From: Mytilus californianus
Lineage: Eukaryota
Assembly: GCF_021869535.1 (NCBI RefSeq)
Contig: NW_026262637.1
Coordinates: 15,748,001-15,812,000 of the forward strand
Direction: 5' to 3'
Length of the DNA: 64,000 nt
Position numbers and translations under genes: made by a program. This document shows, in pieces, positions 25,143 to 37,469 of the stretch (its first letter is position 1; the number at the start of each line of letters is the position of its first letter). Below the pieces are notes generated by a model. It was not told the origin of the DNA and did not search any database. It saw nothing but the letters and a program-made list of their open reading frames with translations.

Positions 25143-25710
25143 AAAATAAGGAGATGTGGTATGATTGCCAATAAGACAACTATCCATCCAAGTTCAATGA
25201 AGTGGATGTAAGCAATTATAGGCAAGCGTATTGCCTTCAACAATGAGAAAACCCAATACCGAATAGTCGGATATAAAAGGCCCCGACATGAAAAATATGG
25301 AATAATTCAATTGAGAAAACTAACGGCTTAATTTATAACAAAATAATTTACGAAAAACAAATATGACAGACATAAACCAACGACAACCACTGAACTACAG
25401 GCTCCTGACTTGGGACAGGCACATAAAGAATGTGGAAATATTGAACATGTTTGAAGGCGCCAACCCTCCCCCAACCTGGGACAGTGGTGTAACAGTACAT
25501 AAGAACAAACTATAAAAAATCAGTTGAAAAGGGCGTAACTCACCAGGTCGATACAAAGCAGAAAACATCAAACAAAAACACAGACCGGGCGTGGCAGGGT
25601 ATTCATACATCCATAACAACAAAAGACACACAGTACAGATCTGAGAGTACTCGCAGTTACTGACAGCTAGTTCAAAGTCAATAACAACTAATAAACAAAA
25701 TCATGTTTCT
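25143..25710 (+). repeat. Family A repeat, long copy
   Basis: aaaataaggagatgtggtatgattgccaat...acagatctgagagtactcgcagttactgacagctagttcaaag. Confidence 0.7.
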
Positions 25711-26214
25711 AAGACTAATATGTATTGTTTTGTAATATTTTAAGGTATACAATGATATGCCCATCTACTCTAAAAGAATATAGTCATTATATATAAACTA
25801 CTGTTTTATCAACAACTACAACAACAACTAAACAAAATATATATAAAAAGGGGGGTCCATCACTCAATCGAGTGAGTGGAAATCCCCAGGTTATCCAATA
25901 GAGAAAGGCTCTCGAAGAGTTATAACTGTTTAGACGAAAGACGTGTAAACATATAAATAAAATGATATGTAAAGGCAAAAAGAAAAGATGTAATCATATT
26001 GTTCAGAAAGACAAATATTTTGACACAATAAACAACCTACGTCTGTATTTTTTATGATACATGCATAAACATCGTTTTGATTCATTTAAAGTGCCAAAAT
26101 ATTTGCGTATCCACATGTACGCAATAAAAAAATGTTTCGTATATTCTTAAATATCTATTTTCGCTATCGTTGTACAAATCTTAATTATTGTAATCTCATT
26201 TAACGAATTAATAA

Positions 26215-26457
26215 CGGGTCTGGACTAACATGAGCATCAGGACGGGTGCCACATATGGAACAGGATTTGCTTAACCTCCGAAGCACATACGATCACCATC
26301 GGCTTTTAGTGGGGTTCCTGTTACTCAGTCTATAGTTTTCTGTGTTGTTTTGTGTAGACTATTTTTGTCGTTTGGTCGTTTTTTGTGTTTTGCTATGGCG
26401 TTATCAGTTTGACTTATCATGAGTTTGACTATCCCTTTGGTATCTTCCGCCACTCTT
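26215..26457 (+). mobile_element. 3' tail fragment of Penelope-like (Naiad-type) retroelement
   Basis: acgggtgccacatatggaacaggatttgctt...ccctttggtatcttccgccactctt, matching the tail at 51840-52082. Confidence 0.65.
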
Positions 26458-28572
26458 GCACAAATCGTAAGACTTGTTTTAAGACTTGTGTATATTTTCC
26501 TGTGTATGTAGCATTTCTAGCCGATCCGTATGTTCGCTGTTTGGTTGTGTTATAAGATTGATTTATATAGTGACAGTTCATCATGTTTATGAAGACCCTG
26601 TAGTAAATGTATATATAAAAATGATCCAACACACCAAAAATGGCCAAGAGGTGCATACAACTTATAACACAATGTTACAGTTTATCTCAGGAAAAAGTGA
26701 AGGTAAATTTTGCACTTGAGAACTTGTACTTCTACATTTTCTTACTTCATGAAGCTTTTTTACCGGATTTTGCTAAGAAAACGATAACATTATTTAAAAA
26801 ATTGAAATAACTTCCTAGTTCGAAACAATATAAACTTAATAATTCGGCAATATAATTTCTACTTATACTATTTTGAGTCATATTTCTTCTTTGAGGTTAC
26901 TCTGTCTTTGGTATAACAAGCATACAGTTGCTATTTTGCATAATTACTACAAAACGGTATAGTAAATTGGTATGTAATGATATTTTGGTTTATATAGGTG
27001 CGCATGATGCCATTATACTAAAGTATCATCGCTACTGGAAATCGGTACCAACGAAGTTGAGAGAGAGGACAGAAAGGTACGAATTTAATTATTTAATTCA
27101 TTCTCATCTATTTTATTATGTTTAAAGCTCATGACGTGATTTTCTAACGTATGCTGCTTGTATATTTCATGCCAACAAGATTTTATATCATACTACAAAA
27201 TGAAGCACCTGGTAGTCTTGGTAACCTGTGGCATGGTAGGAGTCTGTAATTCAGTGGTTGTCGTCGGTTCATGCCCGTCATTACTTTTGGTAAACTGAAT
27301 TTTTATACGGCCGTTAGTTTCCTTGTTTGAATTGTTTCACATATTCCTGTCAGCGAAATACCTATCATCTTAATAAAGTTACACCTTTTGGAAAAACAAA
27401 AAACAAATACAAAATTAACTCCTCGTGCTACTTTTAGTGTTAAAACAAGTGGAAGTCTTATTTGTTAGATCAATTCATTTCCTTGGACACAAAGCAAACT
27501 GTAGGCATTTAATGATATTATTCATGCAAATGTAGTACGAACAGAAAAGACGGACACTCCAGTCAAAGACAATCCCCTTCTGCCAAACACCTTTACTTTT
27601 ATTTTTGGATCCTGAGAATGCACAGTTAAAACAATTTTTTTTTGTGTTACTAGTATTAAGGGACTTTCGAAAATTCACCGGCACAACCAATACGACAATA
27701 GCTGTACACCCTGACACCCAATAACACAATTATTATACTTATATATAACGACATAAATATATTTTTAATTGTGATCATTAAATGGAAGAAATATTTGTCT
27801 TTCAAAATACAACTTCCATTTAAAGAGTACCAACGACGTGTGACAAGAAAACAAAATCTACCAAATCACGCAGAGTTTTGGCTAAATTTTGTCCTTTTGA
27901 GAACACTGCAACTCTTACCTGCAGTAAAGCAGCTGGCCTATACCAATAACCCTTATACTGAATTCAATACATTTCACTTTAAATAAACATGGTACCAGAA
28001 TGCCAACTCAGCACGTTCAGCGAAATACACTTATAAGTGTTCGTAATGTAGCAATGGAGTACAATTTAAAACAGTAACTGCACTATACAGACTTCCTCTT
28101 AAGATCTAAAATTCAGTATACAATTATATTCTAGGCAGTGTTTTAGTTCACTTTTTCTTGTGAAATACTATTAAAAAAAAATAAACATAGAATGCTAAAC
28201 GTATGTTTTAAGATAATCATTTCAAATTAAGAAGATTAATTTCATGTCTAAACAGATAATGAATAATCTCACTTATTGTCATTTTTAATAACAAAAATGA
28301 TCCAAAGTTTTTCTCAAAAGTTTGACTTATGTTTGGAAGTGGGAAAATGTTCCTCTGTTTAACAGGAAATCTCCAAAGATCTCTTGGCACACAGTATATT
28401 CCGTACAGTGAGTGTATGCAAACTGTCGATAAGATTCCAATCAATCTTTCTACTTTTAGAATCCTTATTAGCATAACACATTTACCATTAAAATAAAGCA
28501 CTAACAATGTCGTTAAATTCAAATAAAAAAAAAGATATTAATGTAACTTCGATCTAAAGTCCAAAATATCCG

Positions 28573-29778
28573 TTTTTGTCGAGCCTGCGACTTTTGTCGC
28601 AAAAGCGAGACATAGCGATCCTACATTCCGTCGGCGTCGTCGTCGTCGTCGTCGGCGGCGTCCACAAATATTCACTCTGTGGTTAAATTTTTTCAATTTT
28701 TTATAACTTTCTTAAACTATCCTGCATTTCAACCAAACTTGGACAGAAGCTTGTTTATGATCATAAGATAGTATCCAGAAGTAAATTTTGTAAAAAAAAA
28801 AATCCTGCTTATCCGTATTTTACTCATAAATGGACTTAGTTTTTCTGTCAGTTAATATTTACATTCACTCTGGTTAAAGTTTTTCAAATTTGTATAACTT
28901 TCTTAAACTATCCTAGATTTGTAACAAACTTGGACAGAAGCTTGTTTATCCGTATTTTACTCATAAATGGACTTAGTTTTTCTGTCAGTTAATATTACAT
29001 TCACTCTGTGGTTAAAGTTTTTCAAATTTTTATAACTTTCTTAAACTATCCTAGATTTGTAACAAACTTGGACAGAAGCTTGTTTATAATCATAAGATAG
29101 TATCCAGAAGAAAATTTTCTAAAAAAAAAAATCCTGTGTATCCGTATTTTACTCATATATGGACTTAGTTTTTCTGCCAGTTAACATAACATTCACACTG
29201 TGGTTAAAATTTTTCAAATTTTAATAACTTTCTTAAACTATCCTGGATTTGTACCACACTTGGACAGAAGCTTGTTTGTGATCATAAGATAGTATTCAAA
29301 AGTACATTTTGTTAAAACCTGTTTATCCGTATTTTACTTATAAATGGACTTAGTTTTTTCTGCCAGTTAACATTACATTCACTCTGTGGTTAAAGCTTTC
29401 AAAATTTTAATAACTTTCTTAAACTATCCTGGATTTGAACCAAACTTGGACAGAAGCTTGTTTATGATCAAAAGCTAGTATCTAGAGGGAAATTTGGTAA
29501 AAATATATTTCCTGTTTTTCCGTATATTACTTATAAATGGACTTAGTTTTATTCCAGTTAACATTACGTACAGTCTGCAGTTAAAGTTTTTAAAACATTT
29601 ATTAAATTAATCACAAACCTTCTTGGATTTTTACCAAACTTGAACAGAACTTCTTACAATCAAAAGATAGTATCTAGAGGAAAATTTTAAATATTTTTTT
29701 CCCCATTTTTGTTGAGCCTGCGACTAACAGCAAAAGTAGGCGAGACATTGGGTTCCGCGGAACCCTTACGAATTTTTT
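28573..29778. mobile_element. Helentron-associated (HINE-type) non-autonomous element with internal ~140-190 bp tandem array
   Basis: T-run flanks, gagcctgcgac...gcgagacat blocks at both ends, a (GTC)n microsatellite at ~28630-28660, five to six units starting attcactctgtggttaaa, and a perfect 3' palindrome gggttccgcggaaccc (29750-29765). Confidence 0.75.
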
Positions 29779-29860
29779 TCTAATTTGTTACCTAATTTTT
29801 AACCTGATTTAGAGCTGTAACTTTAAGTATGTTGTATATAGTCGTATTACAATGGGGAAG

Positions 29861-30111
29861 GAGGGACTCGGTGAGCGAGTGGACTATGTAGTTCAATTAC
29901 TGAATCCCTATCTTGTCAACACTGAGGTTGTGGCTTCGAACCTCGCACTAACAGAAGCTTTAGATTCCAAACTTAATTGACTAAGATTGTCAGCTTTTCT
30001 GTCAAAGGTCGGTGATTTTCTCCAGCTTTCTCCACCAATGTAAACTAACCGCTTCCAAATAACCAATAATGCTAAAAGTGGCGTTTAACACCAACAATCA
30101 ATCAATCAATC
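29861..30111 (+). mobile_element. tRNA-derived SINE, near full length, (AATC)n tail
   Basis: A-box-like ggtgagcgagtgg, B-box-like gcttcgaacc, central ggtcggtgattttctcc...tcctccacc-type box, and aaagtggcgtttaacacc tail. Confidence 0.7.
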
Positions 30112-33100
30112 TGTACAATGGATACATTTTTCTTGCATAGGACAAATTGTTTAATGACGATATATTTATAACTAAGTAGAATATAATCTGTGATTGAACA
30201 GTACAGATGACATATCATAGGATCGTAAGAGAGTATACTTATAATTATATATTTGCTATTTCGTATATCAAAAAAAAAAATGCTCATGCAAGGATATTTA
30301 TACCACACCCCCTTGACATTATAAAGAATAGTGGTGATTAATCTCAATGACATCTTTACATACAGTAGCAGTTGATTGGAAGACGCCGTACACCGCTTTG
30401 CAATTTACTTACAGTAAATGTTAATTGTTTTGTTCATTACAGTTTAAAAAGATCATTCGTAGCAAAATTTCAGCGAATATAAAGTCATAATGTCATATTT
30501 TTGAAATTCAGCTAGAAAAAGAGTGAACAACAATGTATGTCCTGTGTGAAGACGGTAGGCGATGAACCTGAAAATTGCCAGGCTCCAGGTGTACAATTGG
30601 GGAAAAAAAACAGAAAACTTGTTTTGTACTTGCAGGCATAAAAACTAAAGCAGCGTAGAAAGGAAAATGAATTCATAAGCCTTTCACTTTATCAAATTGG
30701 TAGATATGGTTTTTATGAAAGAAATCTTACCTTGTTAATTATTTTCGTCCTCGCTCTCTGCTTAATTGGTACCCAATTTCCGGTGGCGATGATACAGTGG
30801 TAATGAAAACGACTTACCTGACCGACGTTAAGAGTGATCGATCCGATATCAGCATACTCCCGGGTAACCTGGACTCTTTCAAAATGTTATCTAAGTCATC
30901 AAAATAATATACAATCAACTACTGGCATACAGTCCATTGAAAACTTGTTAAATTGAGTTGATTATCAATGGTATGATTTATTGCTGTTACTTGTCAACAC
31001 CTCGCAAACGATCCAAATATTTACTGTTTGTATTGACTTGAAATGGGTTCAATTTACCATACACACCTATGTAATGAGTGCATTATATTTATTTATTTCG
31101 GCAGTAAATAATTGAATGGTGCATTGAATTAAACGTACTCATGTCTAACGGTATTTAAACTGAATGAAATATATTGTTATACTTTTAAATCAAGGGTTGG
31201 TATAGTAAACTATCGATCATTATTGGTAAAGATACATATAAGTCCAATATAACCTTTAATTGCATGATCAAAATGATTTAAGTTGAAAGTTAGTTAATAA
31301 AGTGTAATTAATGCGATTTAACTTCCTGTTGGGAAATGTAAAATATTTACTGTGAAGGATTTTCATTGATAAATCACAGTCGACAATTTAAAATGGATGA
31401 CAGAAGACATCAATCAATACATATCAAATACAGTCAATATATTTATCGAACTATATCGCAATCTAGCAAAGAATTCCGATCCAACTGGTGTTAAAAATGG
31501 TGGTCTTGAACTTGCAGTAAGGGCAGAGATTTTGCTCCATGTTGAATGCATTAATGTGACTTCAAGATGAAGAAACACACTAAAGTGATACTGTTTTTTC
31601 ATGTGCTTGTAGTGATTTTGTCTCATGAATTAGTACAACATATTTTCTTTTTTTTAGTTATTATATAACAAGTACGAATCAACTAGAAATTATGACAACA
31701 ATGACCTACTAAGTTCAGCTAATATATTTGAATTAACAAAGCAATTCAATACAGCTATTGTTTAAATCGACAGCCTTGTCAAAAAGGGACCATTACACAC
31801 CCACAAAAGCCTTTTATCTTGATATCAGTTTTTGTTGCATGACGATTGTATATATTTTTATCATCAGTTTAGCAGTGAATGAATCGGTACTGACCTGATC
31901 TAAAATTTGAGTTCCGTGATTTAGCAAGCTATAAAACCATGTTTAATATCGTCTACTATCTTCTGATTTATATTAACACACCAGTTTCTCTGGAATAGTT
32001 CGGTGTAAATCAATAATTGATATCATGTTTGCAGAAATCGTGCCAAAGTTCTCACTGCTTGGATGGCAGTCAATAGTTTCTGACCGTTTTTTTCCCTGAG
32101 AATTTTTTGTTTTTACTTTGTCTTTTCTGATATGTAAGTTTCCCGGGTATAAACAAAATAAACCCAGTTTCTCAGTGCGGAGTCTCCACTAGGGGGTCCG
32201 TTTGTGTGAGTCTCTCCGCAAGCAAAAAACAAAACTTGCAATTACGTTTTGATGAGTCAATACAAGGCCAGAAAGAAATTAATTCTTCCAACATACACTT
32301 ATTTTACAATGGCAGGTCAAATATGCAAAGAAACAGCCTTTTTAGAGTCAAACTAGTAAGTTTTATGTTTAATTTGTTTTAATTCTAAATTTGCACGAAA
32401 CAGTTGTCACTTGGTGTTAACCTTTTTAATATATTATGATGATTACTATACACGTAAAATCAAGTCTTTCTAAAGTTGTGAACACAATTCTATGACATAC
32501 ATAAAATATGGTTGGAAATTAAACAGCATGCATGTTAATATTGCAACTGATTCTGTAACCCTAACCAGTCGATTTCTTTTCAAAAGAATGTTTTCCTACA
32601 TATTATATATATATATACGCTCTAATCAAACGCTATAAAAATTAACCCATCAAATCGCTTGTAAAAAAAAACTTAATATAATTTGCATAGATAAATGAGC
32701 GAAAAATTAAATAAAACAATGGATGACACTTAATGGAATAGATGGCACAATCGTAAAAAACGAGCAAAAATGAAAGGAAGCATATTTAAAAACTTAAGTC
32801 CCAGTAATTGGATCTCTCGTGTAAACTGAATTTAAATAGGGTGCTCTTGAAGGGTAAAGATATCCTGCTTTGCAAGCTACATTCGTAAATTACACAAACG
32901 TCCAAGTCAGAAATAGAACCACAGCTTGTACATTTGAAATAGCACCCAAACGTTTGAGTACTTTAACGTTTTATTCTGCAATTGAGTGATTATTATCATT
33001 TCAATATGTGTTTCATAAATTTACATGTATTCACATATATTTATCTCGTGACACAATAATTTAAAAAAATACTATGACTTTATGTAGGAGACACAGAAGC

Positions 33101-33435
33101 CAATTACTAAAATAATGAAATTATCTTCACTGTAAAACGTCATTTGTATTCAGAATGCCTTGTCTCTGCTTTGTTATATTCTGGTAAGAGTGGTTTATCT
33201 GTCTGGGCTGAAGTAAGCTAGAGACAAATGATAAAGAGGAATTAGGTGATCGTGTATCTTGTTTTTAAAGTACACAACCGATTGCTTGTTCTTGAAATTA
33301 AGATGTTAATTGACTTGTAAACATATATAAGTATTATAATGACTTTGTCTTCGGTACAGAGAAGTAGGAAAATAACTTTTGAGCGCAAGTATCGTCTATC
33401 ATGAACGTCATCATTTAGGGAAACGAATTAAATCA

Positions 33436-33702
33436 GGCAAGAATTATTAATAGGCAATAATTATTAATAGGCAAGAGTTATTAATGGGCAAGAATTTTCA
33501 ATAGGCAAGAATTATCAATAGGCAAGAATTACTAATAGGCAAGAATTATCAATAGGCAAAAATTATTTATAGACAAGAATTATCAATTATAGGCAAGAAT
33601 TATCAATAGGCAAGAATTATTAATAGACAAGAATTATCAATAGGCAAGAATTATTAATAGACAAGAATTATCAATAGGCAATAATTATCAATAGGCAAAA
33701 AT
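33436..33702 (+). repeat. 17-bp minisatellite (GGCAAGAATTATCAATA), ~15.5 copies
   Basis: Direct head-to-tail units with point variants and no spacers; one unit carries a 3-nt insertion. Confidence 0.95.
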
Positions 33703-34090
33703 CACTAACATCTATTTCCATTTCAAGTGACTCACGGGTGACCATAATTGTGGTTGTAGTAAATCATACACGGACTCAACAGACGTTGGTCATCTTCAAA
33801 TAATTTATTTGCAGGCATAGGTTTAATAAATATAACACTTAATAAATTTCGTGCATTTGAAGCGCTTTTCTGTGTTAATCAGACACGTTGTATTATTCTT
33901 ACTTGTGAAAATTGTAGAACCGATAATCAGGAACCAAAGTTCTTCCATATTTTATGCTCACTTTCTTTGTTCATATGTTTACTGTGAAAATCAGTATACT
34001 GCGCAGATAGATTTAATAGAATAGCAAAATTAGAAAAGAACTTCAATCACTCTACGATGCTCAGTTATCCTACATCGTAATATGCTGTAT

Positions 34091-35746
34091 TTATTCAACT
34101 TTATAAATTGCACTGCGTGATCTCTCTGAGCATACTAACAACAATTTATTCTCTTTATCAAGACTTATCGCCCTTGGATTGCTGATACCATCTCCAACCA
34201 ATGGAATTTGTTTGAACTGCTTCCCATTAGGTGATATAACGACGACGTTGTTAGAATTTAGTCCGGCCACGAAAACATTGCAATTGTTGTCGACTGATAT
34301 TCCGCTTGGATTTCGTAGAACAGTTTCGTCCTTGAATTTCCAAAGAGCAGAACCATTGATATCGTAACAGATAACAGTGTGTTCCTGCCAGTTCGAATAG
34401 AAAATCTTATCTTCAGATCCCACTACATAAGATTGAAAAATCGGGTCTCCTACATTTAGCGTGGTAATTCTCTCTGTGCGCAAATCCATTTTCTTGACTT
34501 TAGATTTATCCGTTGTATAGATAATTGATCCTTTAGAATGTGAAATACCAAAACAGTAACCTTCAGCCCTTACGCGTTTAATAACTTCTTTTCGTTCCTT
34601 ATCAATGAATGTTATTTCGGCATCATCAGTGACTGCAATCTTTTTATCATTTATACACGTGACATCATACGCCATTCTTAGTTGTAGTTTCTTATTCACA
34701 GTACCGTAAGGATCTAGAAATACAACATAGAAATCACCTGTAATAATAATACCACCTGTTGGTAGTAATAAACACCCCGTTACGCTCATGCCTTCTGGTA
34801 ACGGCAGTTTTCGTAGTAAAGTAAGTTTGACACTGTTGATTGTAGGTTTTTGTGTAACCATGAACATTTGTATTTCCTTATCTTTTCGTTTAACATACGT
34901 TTTGCTCGCGGGTAAAGTTTTTACAGAAAAAGAACCGAGTTTGATATCACCCCTATCTATGTTCGCAACCATTATATCATCTAAACAGAAAACAATGTTT
35001 TTCAAAGCGCCTCGTGTTTGTAGAGAAGTGATAGATTCCTCTGCTTTCTGCAAGTCCGTTTCAAACTTTTTCGATGCTAAAAACACCTGCATATTGGATG
35101 CATTTTCTGTCATAAAAGATAAACTGTCCTTAAATTCTCCCGCACATTGTTGGTGTTCAGAGAGCTGGTCGATAACTTTATGGATTTCTGTTTTATGTTT
35201 TAATAACGCAGTTTTTCGTTGTGCTTCTAGAATATCCAACTGTTCATTTAACTGTTTTCGTATCTGTTTGATTCTGTTTTCAATTTGATTGCTTTCGGAA
35301 GTAAGCTCTCTTATGTTCTGTCTTTTTTCTTTGACCATATATTCACAAAAGGAATAGATATCTTTGAAACCCTCTGACAACTGCTCAGTCAAAAATGATC
35401 TTTTGGTATCTTTTAGAAAATCATCAACAGCTGGCAGACTAGTACAGTGACTGTGTAAAGGATCAATACACTTTCTGCAACATAACTGCTCATGAGTAAT
35501 GCAGTAATTCTGAAACGGTGCGTTATGTTGTTCGCAGTGTGAGCTCAATTTCCTGATGATAGGAGGTAGTTTCGAGTAATTATCCATTGATATGACCATA
35601 TGTTCTCGTGTTTTCCTAGCGCTGCTATGGTGATCTGCACAGTTTGAACAAAATGCCTCTTCACAGTCATGACACCACACCACCGATTCCTGTTTGATAC
35701 CTCTGAAGTCACAAGCTTCGCAGAAAGTAATCGTATTTGACGTCAT
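34091..35746 (-). CDS. RING-less TRIM-like protein: B-box1, B-box2, coiled coil, NHL/beta-propeller-like C-terminus (551 aa, single exon)
   Basis: CEAC...WCHDCEEAFCSNCADHH...H (B-box1), CEQH...YCITHEQLCCRKCIDPLHSHC (B-box2), a heptad-rich middle, and repeats such as LRNPSGISVDNNCNVFVAGLNSNNVVVISPNG and ISNPRAISLD. The ORF is uninterrupted. Confidence 0.92.
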   Translation of the reverse strand: MTSNTITFCEACDFRGIKQESVVWCHDCEEAFCSNCADHHSSARKTREHMVISMDNYSKLPPIIRKLSSHCEQHNAPFQNYCITHEQLCCRKCIDPLHSHCTSLPAVDDFLKDTKRSFLTEQLSEGFKDIYSFCEYMVKEKRQNIRELTSESNQIENRIKQIRKQLNEQLDILEAQRKTALLKHKTEIHKVIDQLSEHQQCAGEFKDSLSFMTENASNMQVFLASKKFETDLQKAEESITSLQTRGALKNIVFCLDDIMVANIDRGDIKLGSFSVKTLPASKTYVKRKDKEIQMFMVTQKPTINSVKLTLLRKLPLPEGMSVTGCLLLPTGGIIITGDFYVVFLDPYGTVNKKLQLRMAYDVTCINDKKIAVTDDAEITFIDKERKEVIKRVRAEGYCFGISHSKGSIIYTTDKSKVKKMDLRTERITTLNVGDPIFQSYVVGSEDKIFYSNWQEHTVICYDINGSALWKFKDETVLRNPSGISVDNNCNVFVAGLNSNNVVVISPNGKQFKQIPLVGDGISNPRAISLDKENKLLLVCSERSRSAIYKVE

Positions 35747-37356
35747 AATTACTAATCTAATAAATGAAAAAATGAGATAAGATTATCTTCATAAAGATAT
35801 AGAAAAATAGAATTTTAATCGTTTTTACATTAAAAAATAGAGCCAATGTGTTTAGATAGGATAACATCTTTTTCTTTCTGGGTAAGAAATTCAAAAAATT
35901 AAGCCATGAATCGCATTTTAGAAAATGATGTTTTTTGACTTGATATATATTTACTTCGTCATATTATTAACTGATTGGTTCCATTATAAGATGAAGTAAT
36001 ATTAATTCAAATAAAAAACAGAATGTTTCAGTTTTGTGCTGCTATACATGGCTCACTTTCTTTAGGACCCAACAAACAAGTAATAGATCTTTTCAATTTT
36101 CTCGACAAACCTTATTACTGACTGTGACTTGTCCTCGGTTTTACATGTCATGAGCATCACAGTGAGTGCCACTTGGAATCAGAAATATCATATGCTTAAT
36201 CCCCAGGTTAATACGGAAAAAGTGGGGTCGTGTTGCTCAATCTTAAGATTTTTTTTATTTTTTGTTTTTATTTCATTGTCCTCTTTATTCGGTCTTCGAC
36301 TTTAGTTTTGTTTAGCTGGATTTTAAAAGTTTTTGTTCGTTTGTTCTGTAAGTTTTTGCTTATTCATTCATATTTGCTTTTGCTCTCCCTTCGTACCCTC
36401 TAACAGAAAATGCAATACAAATGGTAGAAACGAAATTCCCCAACAAGTACCCATAAAAAAGTACGATATTATTAATGGCAATTAAAGCAAAACTTTCTTT
36501 TTCCTTTGATAAATTTTATAGAACAAGTGAATAACATTAGTATTCACAGTAGTTTAAAGGTTAGATACAAACCCTGATAAATCATACAATCAACTGTCAA
36601 ACATAAAACTGTTTAAGTAAACACTGTCTAAGTAAACAAATGATAATTTACTTTATTTATATATTAAATGCCATAAGATATCTTTGGCCGAATGGTCATG
36701 GGGTTGTGTCACAGTGCAGGCGGTGTTACCACGTTGTGACAGAAGAAGGTGTTCGAATCACGCTGTAATATCCATCGCTACATACTTCAAAACCTCACTA
36801 TTATTTCATTTCTTTTTAAGATATTGTCTACTTTCCCTATTACTTTGGTATTAGGAGCTGAAATCAAGATAAACATGCAAACGGGCAAATTGCCGCTGCC
36901 TATGTATATATTTTATGTTTCACCCACACTTTGTACCACGTCATAGTTCTTGTATCTAGTATTTTTAAACTTGGGGGTGCGAGAGCTCCATTCAGATTGA
37001 GTTTCAGTCGAGTCATTGCACATGTACACGAAAAAGGGAAAATGAAATGCATGTTTATGTCTTTATCCCGATAGATATGGTCACTTAAACTGTCTTCTAT
37101 GGAGAATGTAATATTTTCATAACCAACCTTTTTATCTTCGCTTGAACGAATTTACTTTCGTTTTCATGGAGTGTTGAAAAACAAACCATTTCGGTTATGC
37201 AAAAATTCCGGATTTATATAAGTTTATTTATAGTCATGTAATCGAAAATAAGAAACATTCGTAATTGATTGTAACAATGTTAAAAAAGAGATGAGTTATT
37301 TGAGTTGAGTTTAAAAAAAAAAACAATAAAATATTTATCAGGTAACGATAAACAAG

Positions 37357-37469
37357 ATATTTAGTATATGTAAGAGAATGATAATCCCTTTCTTCATGAA
37401 TAAGTACGAGCGTTAGCGAGTACTTTTCATGAAGTAAGGGATTATCATTCTCTTACAAACTTAGAATAT
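37357..37469. repeat. ~113-bp palindrome with GC core
   Basis: gtaagagaatgataatccctt.cttcatgaa.aagtac / gtactt.tcatgaagtaagggattatcattctcttac around gagcgttagcga. Confidence 0.85.

Noticed and set aside
31395-31560. Short plus-strand frame MTEDINQYISN...GGLELA followed by gtaagg
   Set aside because: It could be an exon, but there is no homology, no partner exon and no other support.
33436-33702. Possible CRISPR array
   Set aside because: Units are directly adjacent with no unique spacers, there are no cas genes, and the DNA is eukaryotic. It is a minisatellite.
34179-35288. Plus-strand ORFs 34179-34367 and 34788-35288
   Set aside because: Antisense shadows of the TRIM-like CDS with no recognisable motifs.
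36684-36766. tRNA gene candidate (tggccgaatggt ... gttcgaatc)
   Set aside because: A- and B-box-like motifs are present but no cloverleaf forms; more likely a decayed SINE head.
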